NCBI GenBank assembly: GCA_036340075.1
Contig: JAYYZJ010000003.1
Span: forward strand, 64,001 to 128,000
Length of the DNA: 64,000 bases
From: Thermodesulfobacteriota bacterium
GTDB lineage: Bacteria > Desulfobacterota_D > UBA1144
Direction: 5' to 3'
In this document: in pieces, positions 52,349 through 60,827 of the stretch
Numbering within the stretch: the stretch's first letter is position 1
Layout of the letters: every line of letters begins with the position of its first letter
Notes under the pieces: model-generated
What the model was told of the DNA's origin: nothing
The model's input: only the letters and a program-made list of their open reading frames with translations
The model's database searches: none
Position numbers and translations under genes: made by a program

Positions 52349-53011
52349 TCAAACAAATTTAATTGAAAATTCATGTTTGTGCTTAATGTTCATATTTACA
52401 ATTAAAGGAGTTATCGCCTCAATCATCCCAGAAAGCGCCAAAGGACCAGCGTCTATTGTTCTTAATTTTGGCATTTCTTCTGTTAGTCGTGCAACAAGCG
52501 CTTTTGATTCCTCGTCATCTCCACAAATTACAACATCGTAATCTAGTTCTTTTTCAAAATTTGCTAAGCCTTTAGCAGGAATATTGTGATACGCGCTTAC
52601 AATACTTACAGTTTCAGGCAATACTGATTTAATCTCTGCAGCAGACGATCCTGACTCGGGCTCCTCAAACAAAAAGCTTTTTGTTTCTTCATCTCTAACC
52701 ATTGGCACAACCGGAGTTATAACAACTTGGTTTGTAAAGGAATCCTTAATCCCTTCTAGAGTAGACTTTGTATATTCATGGGGCAAGCAAACAACTACAA
52801 CCTCTGACTGTTTAGCTGCATCTTCATTTGAGAGGCCAGTAATATTAGCATCAACTCCTACGGATTTAGCCTTCTCAAGCATTTCTTGTGTAATGCCCTC
52901 TGCCTTTTCCTGTTTTCTAGAACCAATAAAAATCTCATGCCCTACCTTGGCCCATCTTATTACAAGACCTTCCGCAAAAGCCCCCGTTCCTCCAAGTAAA
53001 CTTATCTTCAT
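52349..53011 (-). CDS. npdG: NADPH-dependent F420 reductase (F420H2:NADP+ oxidoreductase)
   Basis: KI..LGGTG...GL..RWA..GH...IGSR..EKA, GS.A, SA.HN.PA, D..ICGD and DAG.L.....IE..T motifs. Confidence 0.88.
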   Translation of the reverse strand: MKISLLGGTGAFAEGLVIRWAKVGHEIFIGSRKQEKAEGITQEMLEKAKSVGVDANITGLSNEDAAKQSEVVVVCLPHEYTKSTLEGIKDSFTNQVVITPVVPMVRDEETKSFLFEEPESGSSAAEIKSVLPETVSIVSAYHNIPAKGLANFEKELDYDVVICGDDEESKALVARLTEEMPKLRTIDAGPLALSGMIEAITPLIVNMNIKHKHEFSIKFV

Positions 53012-53073
53012 TTTCTTCTCCTATAACAAAATTGAGTGTATGTCGTAAAAACGAGCAAACAATTAGTTTTTAA

Positions 53074-53334
53074 TTATAACAGTTTTTTTAGATGTTCAAC
53101 AACAATTTCGGTTTCAGCGTCTATGGCTAGTGTTTTTGTTTTTGATTTGTGGCCTGCGACTATGCTTATTTTGGATTTAGAAACATTAAAAAAATCTGAC
53201 AAAGTTCTTATTAGCTCTTTGTTGGATTCTTGATTGTGAGGTATTGCTGCAACTCTAACTATCAGAAGCTCTTCTTTGTAAGAAAGAACTTCGGACTTAT
53301 TAGATCGTGGTTTTACTAAAACTTTGAGTTTCAA
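53074..53334 (-). CDS. DUF167 / YggU family protein
   Basis: V.VKP.S, V.A.P....N.EL...L...F.V.KS.I.I..G.KS..K pattern; yggS-proC-yggT synteny. Confidence 0.85.
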   Translation of the reverse strand: MKLKVLVKPRSNKSEVLSYKEELLIVRVAAIPHNQESNKELIRTLSDFFNVSKSKISIVAGHKSKTKTLAIDAETEIVVEHLKKLL

Positions 53335-53336
53335 AA

Positions 53337-53624
53337 TTAAAAACTATAGGCCATATCAATCAACGACCTTACCAAAAAAATTTGTCCAATGTAGTGTATT
53401 AGAAGTGCGGCAATAATTGGGGACAAATCGATTCCTCCGAAATAAGGAATGGCGCCTCTAATTGGTTGAAGAATAGGCTCAGTAATTCTTTCCAAAAAAT
53501 ATACAATTTGATTGTAAGGGTCTGGGCTCACCCAAGAAATTAGACACCGGACGAGAATAAGCCAAAACATTATTTCAAACACTGCATTTAAAATGCCTGC
53601 TATTGCTAATAGTAGATTTGTCAT
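53337..53624 (-). CDS. yggT: YggT family membrane protein
   Basis: ISW..PDPYN..V..L..ITEP.L.P.R..IP..GGIDLSP motif. Confidence 0.92.
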   Translation of the reverse strand: MTNLLLAIAGILNAVFEIMFWLILVRCLISWVSPDPYNQIVYFLERITEPILQPIRGAIPYFGGIDLSPIIAALLIHYIGQIFLVRSLIDMAYSF

Positions 53625-54445
53625 TTTTGTTTCCTCTTGTTTTGAATTTGTCTCCTTATTTGGGAGGATTTTTTAGTTGCTGCAAAAAGAGAGTCTTTTA
53701 TTGTTTTTGAGTATTTATTTTTTCTAAGACTTTTTAAGCCTTCCTCGGTAGTTCCTCCTGGGGAAGCAACCATGGATATAAATTTGTTAATGTCTATTTT
53801 GCTATACTTTAAAAATTCAACGGTCCCCAATATAGTTTCAAGAACCAGCAGGCTGGACACTGCTTTGCTGAAACCTTTTTGCTTGGCAAAAGACAAATTA
53901 GACTCGATGTGCTGGGCTAAAAAGGCTGGTCCCGACCCGCTTAGTGCAGTAACAGCATCAAAATCTGTGTCTTTCTTAAGTCGAAAAATTTTTCCAATTG
54001 AAGAAAGAAGATTTTCTGCAACTTTCATATCTTTGTTCGTACATTTTGAATTCTGCATAATTCCAACCACTCCTTTTCCTATTAGACAAGGAAGGTTTGG
54101 CATTGATCTTATAATCTTTTTATCGTTGCCAAAAAAGCTTTGTAGGGACTTCATGGATACGCCAGCGGCTACAGATATTAATATTTGATTTCTAGTTAAA
54201 TATTGTTTGATTTCCTGTGCCACGCTCTCAACGACATTGGGTTTGACGCATATAAATAGAATAGTGCTGTTTTCTGCCGCCCCAAGGTTATTTTTTGTGG
54301 TTTTGACTCTTCTGTTCTTTTTTATTTTATTTAGCTGCTTTGAGCTAATATCTGAACATGTAATTTGTATATTTTTTTGTGTATTCAAAATACCGGATAA
54401 AATCGCGTTTGCCATATTTCCGGCCCCTATTATTCCCACTCGCAT
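53621..54445 (-). CDS. proC: Pyrroline-5-carboxylate reductase
   Basis: IG.GNM, VKP, S.AAG, R.MPN.P, TALSGSGPA and V.SPGGTT motifs; start placed at MRVGII. Confidence 0.93.
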   Translation of the reverse strand: MRVGIIGAGNMANAILSGILNTQKNIQITCSDISSKQLNKIKKNRRVKTTKNNLGAAENSTILFICVKPNVVESVAQEIKQYLTRNQILISVAAGVSMKSLQSFFGNDKKIIRSMPNLPCLIGKGVVGIMQNSKCTNKDMKVAENLLSSIGKIFRLKKDTDFDAVTALSGSGPAFLAQHIESNLSFAKQKGFSKAVSSLLVLETILGTVEFLKYSKIDINKFISMVASPGGTTEEGLKSLRKNKYSKTIKDSLFAATKKSSQIRRQIQNKRKQK

Positions 54446-54452
54446 AATTTGA

Positions 54453-55151
54453 TTATAATATCTTTTTTCTCTTTCCAAAAATTTTAGTTCCTATTCTTAC
54501 AATTGTGGCTCCTTCATCAATCGCGACTTTGTAATCATTGCTCATACCCATGGACAAATCATGGCGCTCTTTGTCAAAGCTATCAGCAAAATCTTGGCCC
54601 AAGGCCTTCATTTTTCTGTAACAATCTCTGGATTTTTCGGGATCGTTAAAATTCTCCGTAATAGTCATAAGCCCGTCTAGTTTTATGCTGCCAAGGCTTT
54701 TAATTTTTGGGATAAGATATTTAAGGTCGGTGGCGGGAACCCCTGCCTTGTTGGAATCTTCGGAGATGTTTACTTGCAAAAGTATGTTTTGTTGTAGGAT
54801 TTTTTTTTCGCTTATTTCACTTATAATTTTTGCTTTTTCATAGGAATCAACTGTGTGAATTAGTTTTGCTGTACCAACGATGTATTTGATTTTGTTTTTT
54901 TGTATTTGCCCTATGTAGTGCCATTCAATGTCTTGGGCTTGGTTATTTTGGTTTTCTAAACTCTTGTCTCTAAGCTCTTGGGCATAGTTTTCTCCGTACA
55001 TCTTTTGGCCTTCTTCTGTAAGAGCAACAATGTCGGACAAAGGCATTGTCTTTGAGACGGCTAGAAGCTTTGCATTGCTATTTTTAGCAGAACAATATGA
55101 GCTAAATTCCTGAAAAAAGGCTTTAAAATTAGTTTTAAGATTTTCGTTCAT
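54453..55151 (-). CDS. yggS: PLP homeostasis protein (YggS/PROSC)
   Basis: L.AVSKT, GENY.QE, WHYIG..Q.NK, LSMGMS.DY..AI..GAT.VRIG..IFG motifs. Confidence 0.94.
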   Translation of the reverse strand: MNENLKTNFKAFFQEFSSYCSAKNSNAKLLAVSKTMPLSDIVALTEEGQKMYGENYAQELRDKSLENQNNQAQDIEWHYIGQIQKNKIKYIVGTAKLIHTVDSYEKAKIISEISEKKILQQNILLQVNISEDSNKAGVPATDLKYLIPKIKSLGSIKLDGLMTITENFNDPEKSRDCYRKMKALGQDFADSFDKERHDLSMGMSNDYKVAIDEGATIVRIGTKIFGKRKKIL

Positions 55152-55184
55152 AATTATAAAATTAATATATTATATATTTTCACA

Positions 55185-56045
55185 ATGAATGTTTCTATTG
55201 AGAACGAACTGATTAAAGCAAGGAGTCTTCTTCGCGAAAATGGGGCAGTAAATCCTGGCCTTGAAGTCAACCGCCTCCTTGAAGTATCTGCAGGGCGATC
55301 TTTAGAAAGAATTTTTTCTTCCCCTGAGATTCTCGCAAATGAAAATGTAAAAAAAAATTTTTTTTCTCTTTTGGAAAGGAGGGTTAGCGGAGAGCCTCTT
55401 GATTACATTTGTGGAAAAAGTTCTTTCTACTCTAAAGAGTTTTGTGTTGACAGAGGAGTTTTTATTCCTCGATCAGACACTGAGGTTTTGGTGGATGCCG
55501 TACTGTCAGAAGCTGAAAAGTATGATTTGTATGATTTGATAGTTCTTGATATGTGTTGTGGAACCGGCTGTGTAGGCTTGTCTTTGGCTGATTTCCATAA
55601 TTTTAAAAAAATTTATTTAGCTGACAAAGCACCTGATTCAATCAGCTGTGCAAAAAAAAATCAAACTCTGCATGGGCTTGAGAAAAAAACAGAGATTTTT
55701 GAATCCGATTTATTTTCTTCTGTTCCTTCTGTTGCTTTTAAATATATTGTTTCCAATCCTCCCTATGTAAGCGCAAAAGAGTTTGCGCATCTCGATAAGT
55801 CCATAAAAAATTATGAACCTATTGAAGCTTTGTTGTCTTCAAATGAGGGATTGTGGCACCTTGCCAAAATAGCTTCTGAAGGTAGAAGGTTCTTGCCAAA
55901 AGACGGCGGAATTTTTTTAGAAATTGGTGCCAGTCAAGGTCTGGCGGCTAAGAAAATTCTTTTTGATCTTGGTTATTCTGAGGTTGAATTATTACCTGAC
56001 TTGAATAAAATTGACAGAGTGGTTAAGGCAAAGTGGAAAAATTAA
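55185..56045 (+). CDS. prmC: Release factor glutamine methyltransferase
   Basis: RR..GEPL.YI.G, V.IPR..TE, D.C.G.G, SNPPY and LEIG..Q motifs. Confidence 0.92.
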   Translation: MNVSIENELIKARSLLRENGAVNPGLEVNRLLEVSAGRSLERIFSSPEILANENVKKNFFSLLERRVSGEPLDYICGKSSFYSKEFCVDRGVFIPRSDTEVLVDAVLSEAEKYDLYDLIVLDMCCGTGCVGLSLADFHNFKKIYLADKAPDSISCAKKNQTLHGLEKKTEIFESDLFSSVPSVAFKYIVSNPPYVSAKEFAHLDKSIKNYEPIEALLSSNEGLWHLAKIASEGRRFLPKDGGIFLEIGASQGLAAKKILFDLGYSEVELLPDLNKIDRVVKAKWKN

Positions 56046-57316
56046 TTATAGAAGGTGGTGGTCGCCTTACTGGTTCCGTTGAAATTTCGGGTTCTAAGAA
56101 TTCATCCTTGCCAATAATTGCCGCAACGGCATTACATGGCGGCACATACAAAATAAAAAACGTTCCCAATATTAGCGACGTTAAAACAATGCTTTTGTTG
56201 CTTGAAAAGCTAGGGGCTGGTTTTTCGTTTAACAGCGGAACAGTAGAGATAAACACTGAGAGAATTCACAGCTGGGAGGCGCCATATGATTTAGTTAAAA
56301 CAATGCGTGCATCTGTGGTAATATGGGGAGCCCTTCTTGGAAGATTTGGCAGAGCAAAAATCTCTCTTCCGGGTGGTTGCGCTATAGGCGATAGACCCGT
56401 GGATCAACACTTAAAAGGATTTGAGGCTTTGGGGTATAAAACCGATATTGTTTCTGGATACTTGGAGTCTGCCTCTGCTGTTAGCACAGGAGGTTCTTAT
56501 AATTTTGAAGTTGTTACAGTTACGGGAACCGAGAATCTTATTTTGGCATCAATATTATCAAACAGTCCCACCGAGCTTAATAATTGTTCAATAGAGCCTG
56601 AGGTTTTAGATTTAATAAAGTTTTTAACTTCTTTAGGTGCGAAAATAGACTTATATGGGAACTCTATTAACATAGAGCCAGTTTCGTCATTGGGGAAACA
56701 GGTTCACCCGCACTATGTAATACCTGATAGGATAGAGGCCGGAACCTTCATGGCGTTAGGCTGTATGCCAGGAAACGAAATAACAATAACGAATTGCGAC
56801 CCCGCCGAAATGGATGCCCCGTGTGCTATGCTTGAGAGGATGGGTGCTGTAGTGAGCACTTATGACAAAAGTCGGGCTGAAGGGCCTTCTGTGTTTGAAC
56901 TTAAAGTCGTTCCCCCAGATAGAGTTGGGCCACTTGAAATAGAAACAAGCCCTCACCCTGGCTTTCCTACTGACTTACAAGCTCAGTTTATGGCGCTGTT
57001 ATGTCTTGCGAGTGGGACCTCTAAAATAACCGAGAACATCTTCCCAAACAGGTTTATCCATGCAGCCGAGTTGAGAAAGCTGGGAGCCAAAATCAACCTC
57101 GAGGCCAATGTTGCTACTATTTTAGGGGTTGATTCTCTAACGGGAGCAAAAATGCAGGCTAGCGATTTAAGGGCAAGCGCCTCTTTGTTAATAGGAGCTC
57201 TTGCGGCAAAGGGGAAAAGTGAAATTTATAGAATTTATCACCTTGATAGAGGTTATGAATCAATTGATAATAAACTTAAAGAAATAGGAGGGAAGGTTTG
57301 GCGAGAGAAAGAATAA
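56033..57316 (+). CDS. murA: UDP-N-acetylglucosamine 1-carboxyvinyltransferase
   Basis: SGSKN, MRAS, LPGGCAIG.RP.D.H, PDRIEAGT, PGFPTDLQ and DLRA motifs; GTG start. Confidence 0.96.
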   Translation: MEKLIIEGGGRLTGSVEISGSKNSSLPIIAATALHGGTYKIKNVPNISDVKTMLLLLEKLGAGFSFNSGTVEINTERIHSWEAPYDLVKTMRASVVIWGALLGRFGRAKISLPGGCAIGDRPVDQHLKGFEALGYKTDIVSGYLESASAVSTGGSYNFEVVTVTGTENLILASILSNSPTELNNCSIEPEVLDLIKFLTSLGAKIDLYGNSINIEPVSSLGKQVHPHYVIPDRIEAGTFMALGCMPGNEITITNCDPAEMDAPCAMLERMGAVVSTYDKSRAEGPSVFELKVVPPDRVGPLEIETSPHPGFPTDLQAQFMALLCLASGTSKITENIFPNRFIHAAELRKLGAKINLEANVATILGVDSLTGAKMQASDLRASASLLIGALAAKGKSEIYRIYHLDRGYESIDNKLKEIGGKVWREKE

Positions 57317-57927
57317 AGCTGGCAATAGCAAAAGGAAGAATTCTTGAACAAGTGCTCTGGCTTATGGATAAGTCTGGCTATTCTACAACCAAAATTAGGG
57401 CAGCGTCACGAGAACTTGTTGTTGATCTCGACGAGCTAAGAATTCTTATCTGCAAACCAGCTGATGTGCCTAAATATGTTGAGCTTGGAGCCGCAGATTG
57501 TGGCATTGTTGGCTCGGACTGTATAATTGAAGCTGCTTGCGATGTTTATGAGCCCCTTTCTTTACCTATTGGCGAATGCAAAATGGTACTCGCTTGTCCC
57601 AAAGAAAAAGAGCTAGACCTTACCGCTGGGTCAATGTTAACAATTGGAACAAAATATACGAACATAACAAGAAAGTTTTTCGAAACTATAAATATTTTCC
57701 CGGAAATAATTTATCTTAGCGGTTCTGTTGAACTCGCTGCCGTGATTGGTCTTGCTGATGGAATAGTTGACATAACAGAAACCGGCGAAACAATAAAAAA
57801 AAATAATTTAAAAATAATTAAAACAATTCAAAACATTAACTGTAAATTTATTGTAAACAAATCTAGTCAGAAAACTCTTGGTGATGAAATTAATTCTCTT
57901 GCTTCTGCTTTCGTTAAACAAAAATAA
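57298..57927 (+). CDS. hisG: ATP phosphoribosyltransferase, short form
   Basis: A..KGR, DVP.YV..G.AD.GI.G.D, TKY, GSVELA...GLAD.IVD..ETG.T motifs; lacks the C-terminal regulatory domain, consistent with hisZ. Confidence 0.92.
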   Translation: MARERIKLAIAKGRILEQVLWLMDKSGYSTTKIRAASRELVVDLDELRILICKPADVPKYVELGAADCGIVGSDCIIEAACDVYEPLSLPIGECKMVLACPKEKELDLTAGSMLTIGTKYTNITRKFFETINIFPEIIYLSGSVELAAVIGLADGIVDITETGETIKKNNLKIIKTIQNINCKFIVNKSSQKTLGDEINSLASAFVKQK

Positions 57928-57987
57928 AAAATTTTATTTTTAATCCTTTCTAATTATTGAATAAAAATTTTTAAGAAAAATATTTCC

Positions 57988-58016
57988 TAGACGACTCGTC
58001 TTTTATTTGATAATAT
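57988..58016 (+). promoter_or_regulatory. Putative dnaA promoter with a palindrome over the -35 element
   Basis: TAGACG-17 nt-TAATAT with extended TG; AGACGA-C-TCGTCT inverted repeat at 57989-58001. Confidence 0.55.
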
Positions 58017-58027
58017 TAAGCTCTGAG

Positions 58028-58102
58028 TGTGGATAATTTCTTAACTTAACTTGTTCAAATTATTAACATTTTTATCCACATCTTTCCACAAATTGTGGAA
58101 AA
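58028..58102. promoter_or_regulatory. DnaA-box cluster upstream of dnaA (left part of oriC / autoregulation)
   Basis: Perfect boxes TGTGGATAA (58028-36) and TTATCCACA (58072-80). Variants TTATTAACA (58060-68), CTTTCCACA (58082-90) and TGTGGAAAA (58094-102). Confidence 0.9.
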
Positions 58103-58117
58103 CTCGGGGGTGTTTTA

Positions 58118-59545
58118 ATGGCTGACGAAGCCGACAACTTGCGCAATTTGTCTCAACAAGACCATGTTGACTCAGACTTGGTAGACAAAAATGTTTTAGC
58201 CGCGATGATCGTGGACAATATAGCTGAAAACTATCCTGGCATAACCCATTTTTTTGACACTCTTAAGCTTGTATCGTTAACCGAGTCTGAAGCTTTTTTT
58301 TCTGTTACTGATGTTATGACATCAGAGTGGATAAATAACCACTATATGCACATTTTAGAAAAAGTTTTTAGAGAAGAGTCTGAGGAAGACTTGGGAATAA
58401 AAAAGATTCATGTGGACGCACGTGATGCAACTGTTGCCACCGGAATACATATTAAAAAAGAAAAACCGAAAAAGCGCGGCCTAACAAGGGTAAAAGAAGG
58501 CCAACTTAATGGCAGACAAACTTTTGACAACTTTGTTAAAGGAGCATCAAACACTCTTGCTGGTATTGCTGCAGAGAGGGTGGCGGAAAGACCTGGTCAA
58601 TCATATAACCCACTTTTTATTTATGGTAGAACAGGGCTAGGAAAAACCCACCTTTTAAATGCCATAGGAAACAATGTTTACGACAACAATAAAGAGTTTA
58701 AAATTATATCCCTTACGGCTGAACATTTTACTAACCGTGTTGTTTCGGCAATTAGATCAGGAAAACAAAGAGAGCTTAGAGATGCTTTTCGCTTCGGATG
58801 TGATGTTCTTTTGATTGACGACATTCAGTTTATTTCCGGAAAAGAAGGAACACAGCAAGAATTTTTTCACACTTTTAACAACCTTTATGATTTAAACAAG
58901 CAAATTGTGCTAACTTGCGACAAACCCCCTCACCAACTTTCGGGGATGCAAGAAAGGCTTATTGGGCGCTTTGAGTGGGGGTTCTCTGTAGAGGTTCTTC
59001 CTCCCGACCTAGAACACAGGGTGGCTATTTTGCAAACCAAGGCAAAAACAATGGGTCTTGTTTTAGAAGAAGATGTGCTGTTTAGTGTTGCTGAAAAATC
59101 TGGCGGCTCTATTCGTGAGCTCGAAGGGTTTTTTAACAATGTTGTGGGCCAAGCTGCTATGTTAAATGCCCCGTTAAACAAAAAGCTTGTTAACGATGTT
59201 GCCTCTAGGCTTTCTTCAAACACCAGTGTTGATATTGTTAACGTGGAATTAATACAAAAAGAGGTTGCGGCCTACTATGGAACAACTATTGCTGATATTT
59301 GCTCTAAAAAGAGGACCCGGGGTGTTGTTAGGCCCAGACAGGTTGGTATATATTTGTCGCGAGTTTTTACCGACGACTCTCTTTTAGAAATAGGAAGAAA
59401 ATTTGGTGGTCGCGATCACTCTACCGTTTTACATTCTGTTGCCACAATTGAGGATCTTTTGGCAAAAAACCCTTCTCAAGAAAACCCCATCCGCATTCTT
59501 TTGTCTAAAATTCGTAAGATTGCTGGTGGAAAAATTGACGATTAG
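58118..59545 (+). CDS. dnaA: Chromosomal replication initiator
   Basis: TFDNFV.G.SN, YNPLFIYG..GLGKTHL, LLIDDIQF, QEFFHTFN, RELEG and domain IV PRQ...YL...IG..FGGRDHSTV motifs. Confidence 0.97.
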   Translation: MADEADNLRNLSQQDHVDSDLVDKNVLAAMIVDNIAENYPGITHFFDTLKLVSLTESEAFFSVTDVMTSEWINNHYMHILEKVFREESEEDLGIKKIHVDARDATVATGIHIKKEKPKKRGLTRVKEGQLNGRQTFDNFVKGASNTLAGIAAERVAERPGQSYNPLFIYGRTGLGKTHLLNAIGNNVYDNNKEFKIISLTAEHFTNRVVSAIRSGKQRELRDAFRFGCDVLLIDDIQFISGKEGTQQEFFHTFNNLYDLNKQIVLTCDKPPHQLSGMQERLIGRFEWGFSVEVLPPDLEHRVAILQTKAKTMGLVLEEDVLFSVAEKSGGSIRELEGFFNNVVGQAAMLNAPLNKKLVNDVASRLSSNTSVDIVNVELIQKEVAAYYGTTIADICSKKRTRGVVRPRQVGIYLSRVFTDDSLLEIGRKFGGRDHSTVLHSVATIEDLLAKNPSQENPIRILLSKIRKIAGGKIDD

Positions 59546-59710
59546 TGTTGACTTTTTTTTCTTTTTTTAAATAAGTGTTAACTGGTGTTGTTTGGTGTTA
59601 GTTTTTTTTTCACTGTTTTTAGGGTTTTTTTAGTTTGTTAACAAATCAACACACATACTACTACTACTATATATTTAATATATAAATATAATATAATAGG
59701 AGAAGAAGAG
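59546..59710. other. Probable oriC unwinding region (DnaA-trio-like repeats plus AT-rich element)
   Basis: TACTACTACTACTAT at 59656-59670 (TAG repeats on the minus strand), followed by about 28 nt of pure A/T; lies in the dnaA-dnaN spacer. Confidence 0.75.
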
Positions 59711-60826
59711 ATGAATTTTTCTGTTGACAAAAACCACCTGTTAAAACACTTGTCTTACACCCAAGGAGTGGTTGACTCTAAATCAACAATGATAATTTTA
59801 TCCCACATTTTATTTTCAGCGAAAGATGGCAAACTTTTTCTTTCCTCAACAGACCTAGAGTCATCAACCCACACCTCCCTCCCTGTAAACATAATAGAGC
59901 CAGGGGATGTTTGTTTACCAGCAAAAAAAATATTAGACATAATAGATAAAATACCGGATAAGGATATAAAAATATCCAAAAACAACTCAAACCAAATAGA
60001 GATTGATTATAAAAAAGGAAAAACCAAAATCAAATGCTTACCCGCAGAAGACTTTCCACAAATACCAAAACCTAACGATTTTATTTACACAGCAATAAAA
60101 AGCCAAATGCTAAACGACCTAATACAAAAAACATCTTACTCTATAGGATCAGACGACTTAAGAAAAAATCTAACAGGAATATTTTTTGATATGACAAATA
60201 GTAAAAAAATCAAACTTGTATCAACTGATGGCCACAGAATGAGCACAGTTGAAGACGACTTTGAAAACAATAGCCAAATAGAGTCCTTTCTTTTGTCAAA
60301 AAAAGCAGCCACTGAGCTAAAAAAGTTTGCTCTAGAGAGCGAGGTTGTTCAAATAGGAACAAACAAAAACTTTTTTATTTGTGACAACGGACAAACGTCA
60401 ATACTCTCAAGGCTGATAGATGTTAAGTTTCCAGACTATGCGCAGGTTGTACCCTCTGCCAAAACAAACACCTTTAGGGTTGACAGAAACGAGATGCTCT
60501 CTTTACTCCAAAGGGTGTCGGTTGTACTATCGGAAAAAACCAAGGGGGCCCGAATATCAATAGGGCTACAAGAACTTGAAATTAAAACCACGTCAGACGA
60601 CGGAGAAACAACAGAGCTTATCAGCATTAAAGAGAGGGCCAGCGAGCAAACGGACGCCGTGCTAGAGGTGGGCTTTAATGTCCGGTATTTAATTGACGCA
60701 CTATCCTCTTTTGCCGAGGAAGAGGTTTCTGTTTGTATAAACGATGAAGTGAGCCCAGCATGTATCTATTCGGAACAAGAAGGCGAAACAAAACAGTTGG
60801 CAGTTATTATGCCAATGAGAGTATAA
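59711..60826 (+). CDS. dnaN: DNA polymerase III beta clamp
   Basis: STDLE, DFP..P, VSTDGHR, SRLID..FPDY..V.P, GFN.RYL.DAL and VIMPMR motifs. Confidence 0.96.
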   Translation: MNFSVDKNHLLKHLSYTQGVVDSKSTMIILSHILFSAKDGKLFLSSTDLESSTHTSLPVNIIEPGDVCLPAKKILDIIDKIPDKDIKISKNNSNQIEIDYKKGKTKIKCLPAEDFPQIPKPNDFIYTAIKSQMLNDLIQKTSYSIGSDDLRKNLTGIFFDMTNSKKIKLVSTDGHRMSTVEDDFENNSQIESFLLSKKAATELKKFALESEVVQIGTNKNFFICDNGQTSILSRLIDVKFPDYAQVVPSAKTNTFRVDRNEMLSLLQRVSVVLSEKTKGARISIGLQELEIKTTSDDGETTELISIKERASEQTDAVLEVGFNVRYLIDALSSFAEEEVSVCINDEVSPACIYSEQEGETKQLAVIMPMRV

Positions 60827-60827
60827 G

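Noticed and set aside
59656..59670. TAC repeat as a CRISPR or contingency microsatellite
   Set aside because: There is no repeat-spacer structure or cas gene; its position beside the AT-rich tract in the dnaA-dnaN spacer fits DnaA-trios better.
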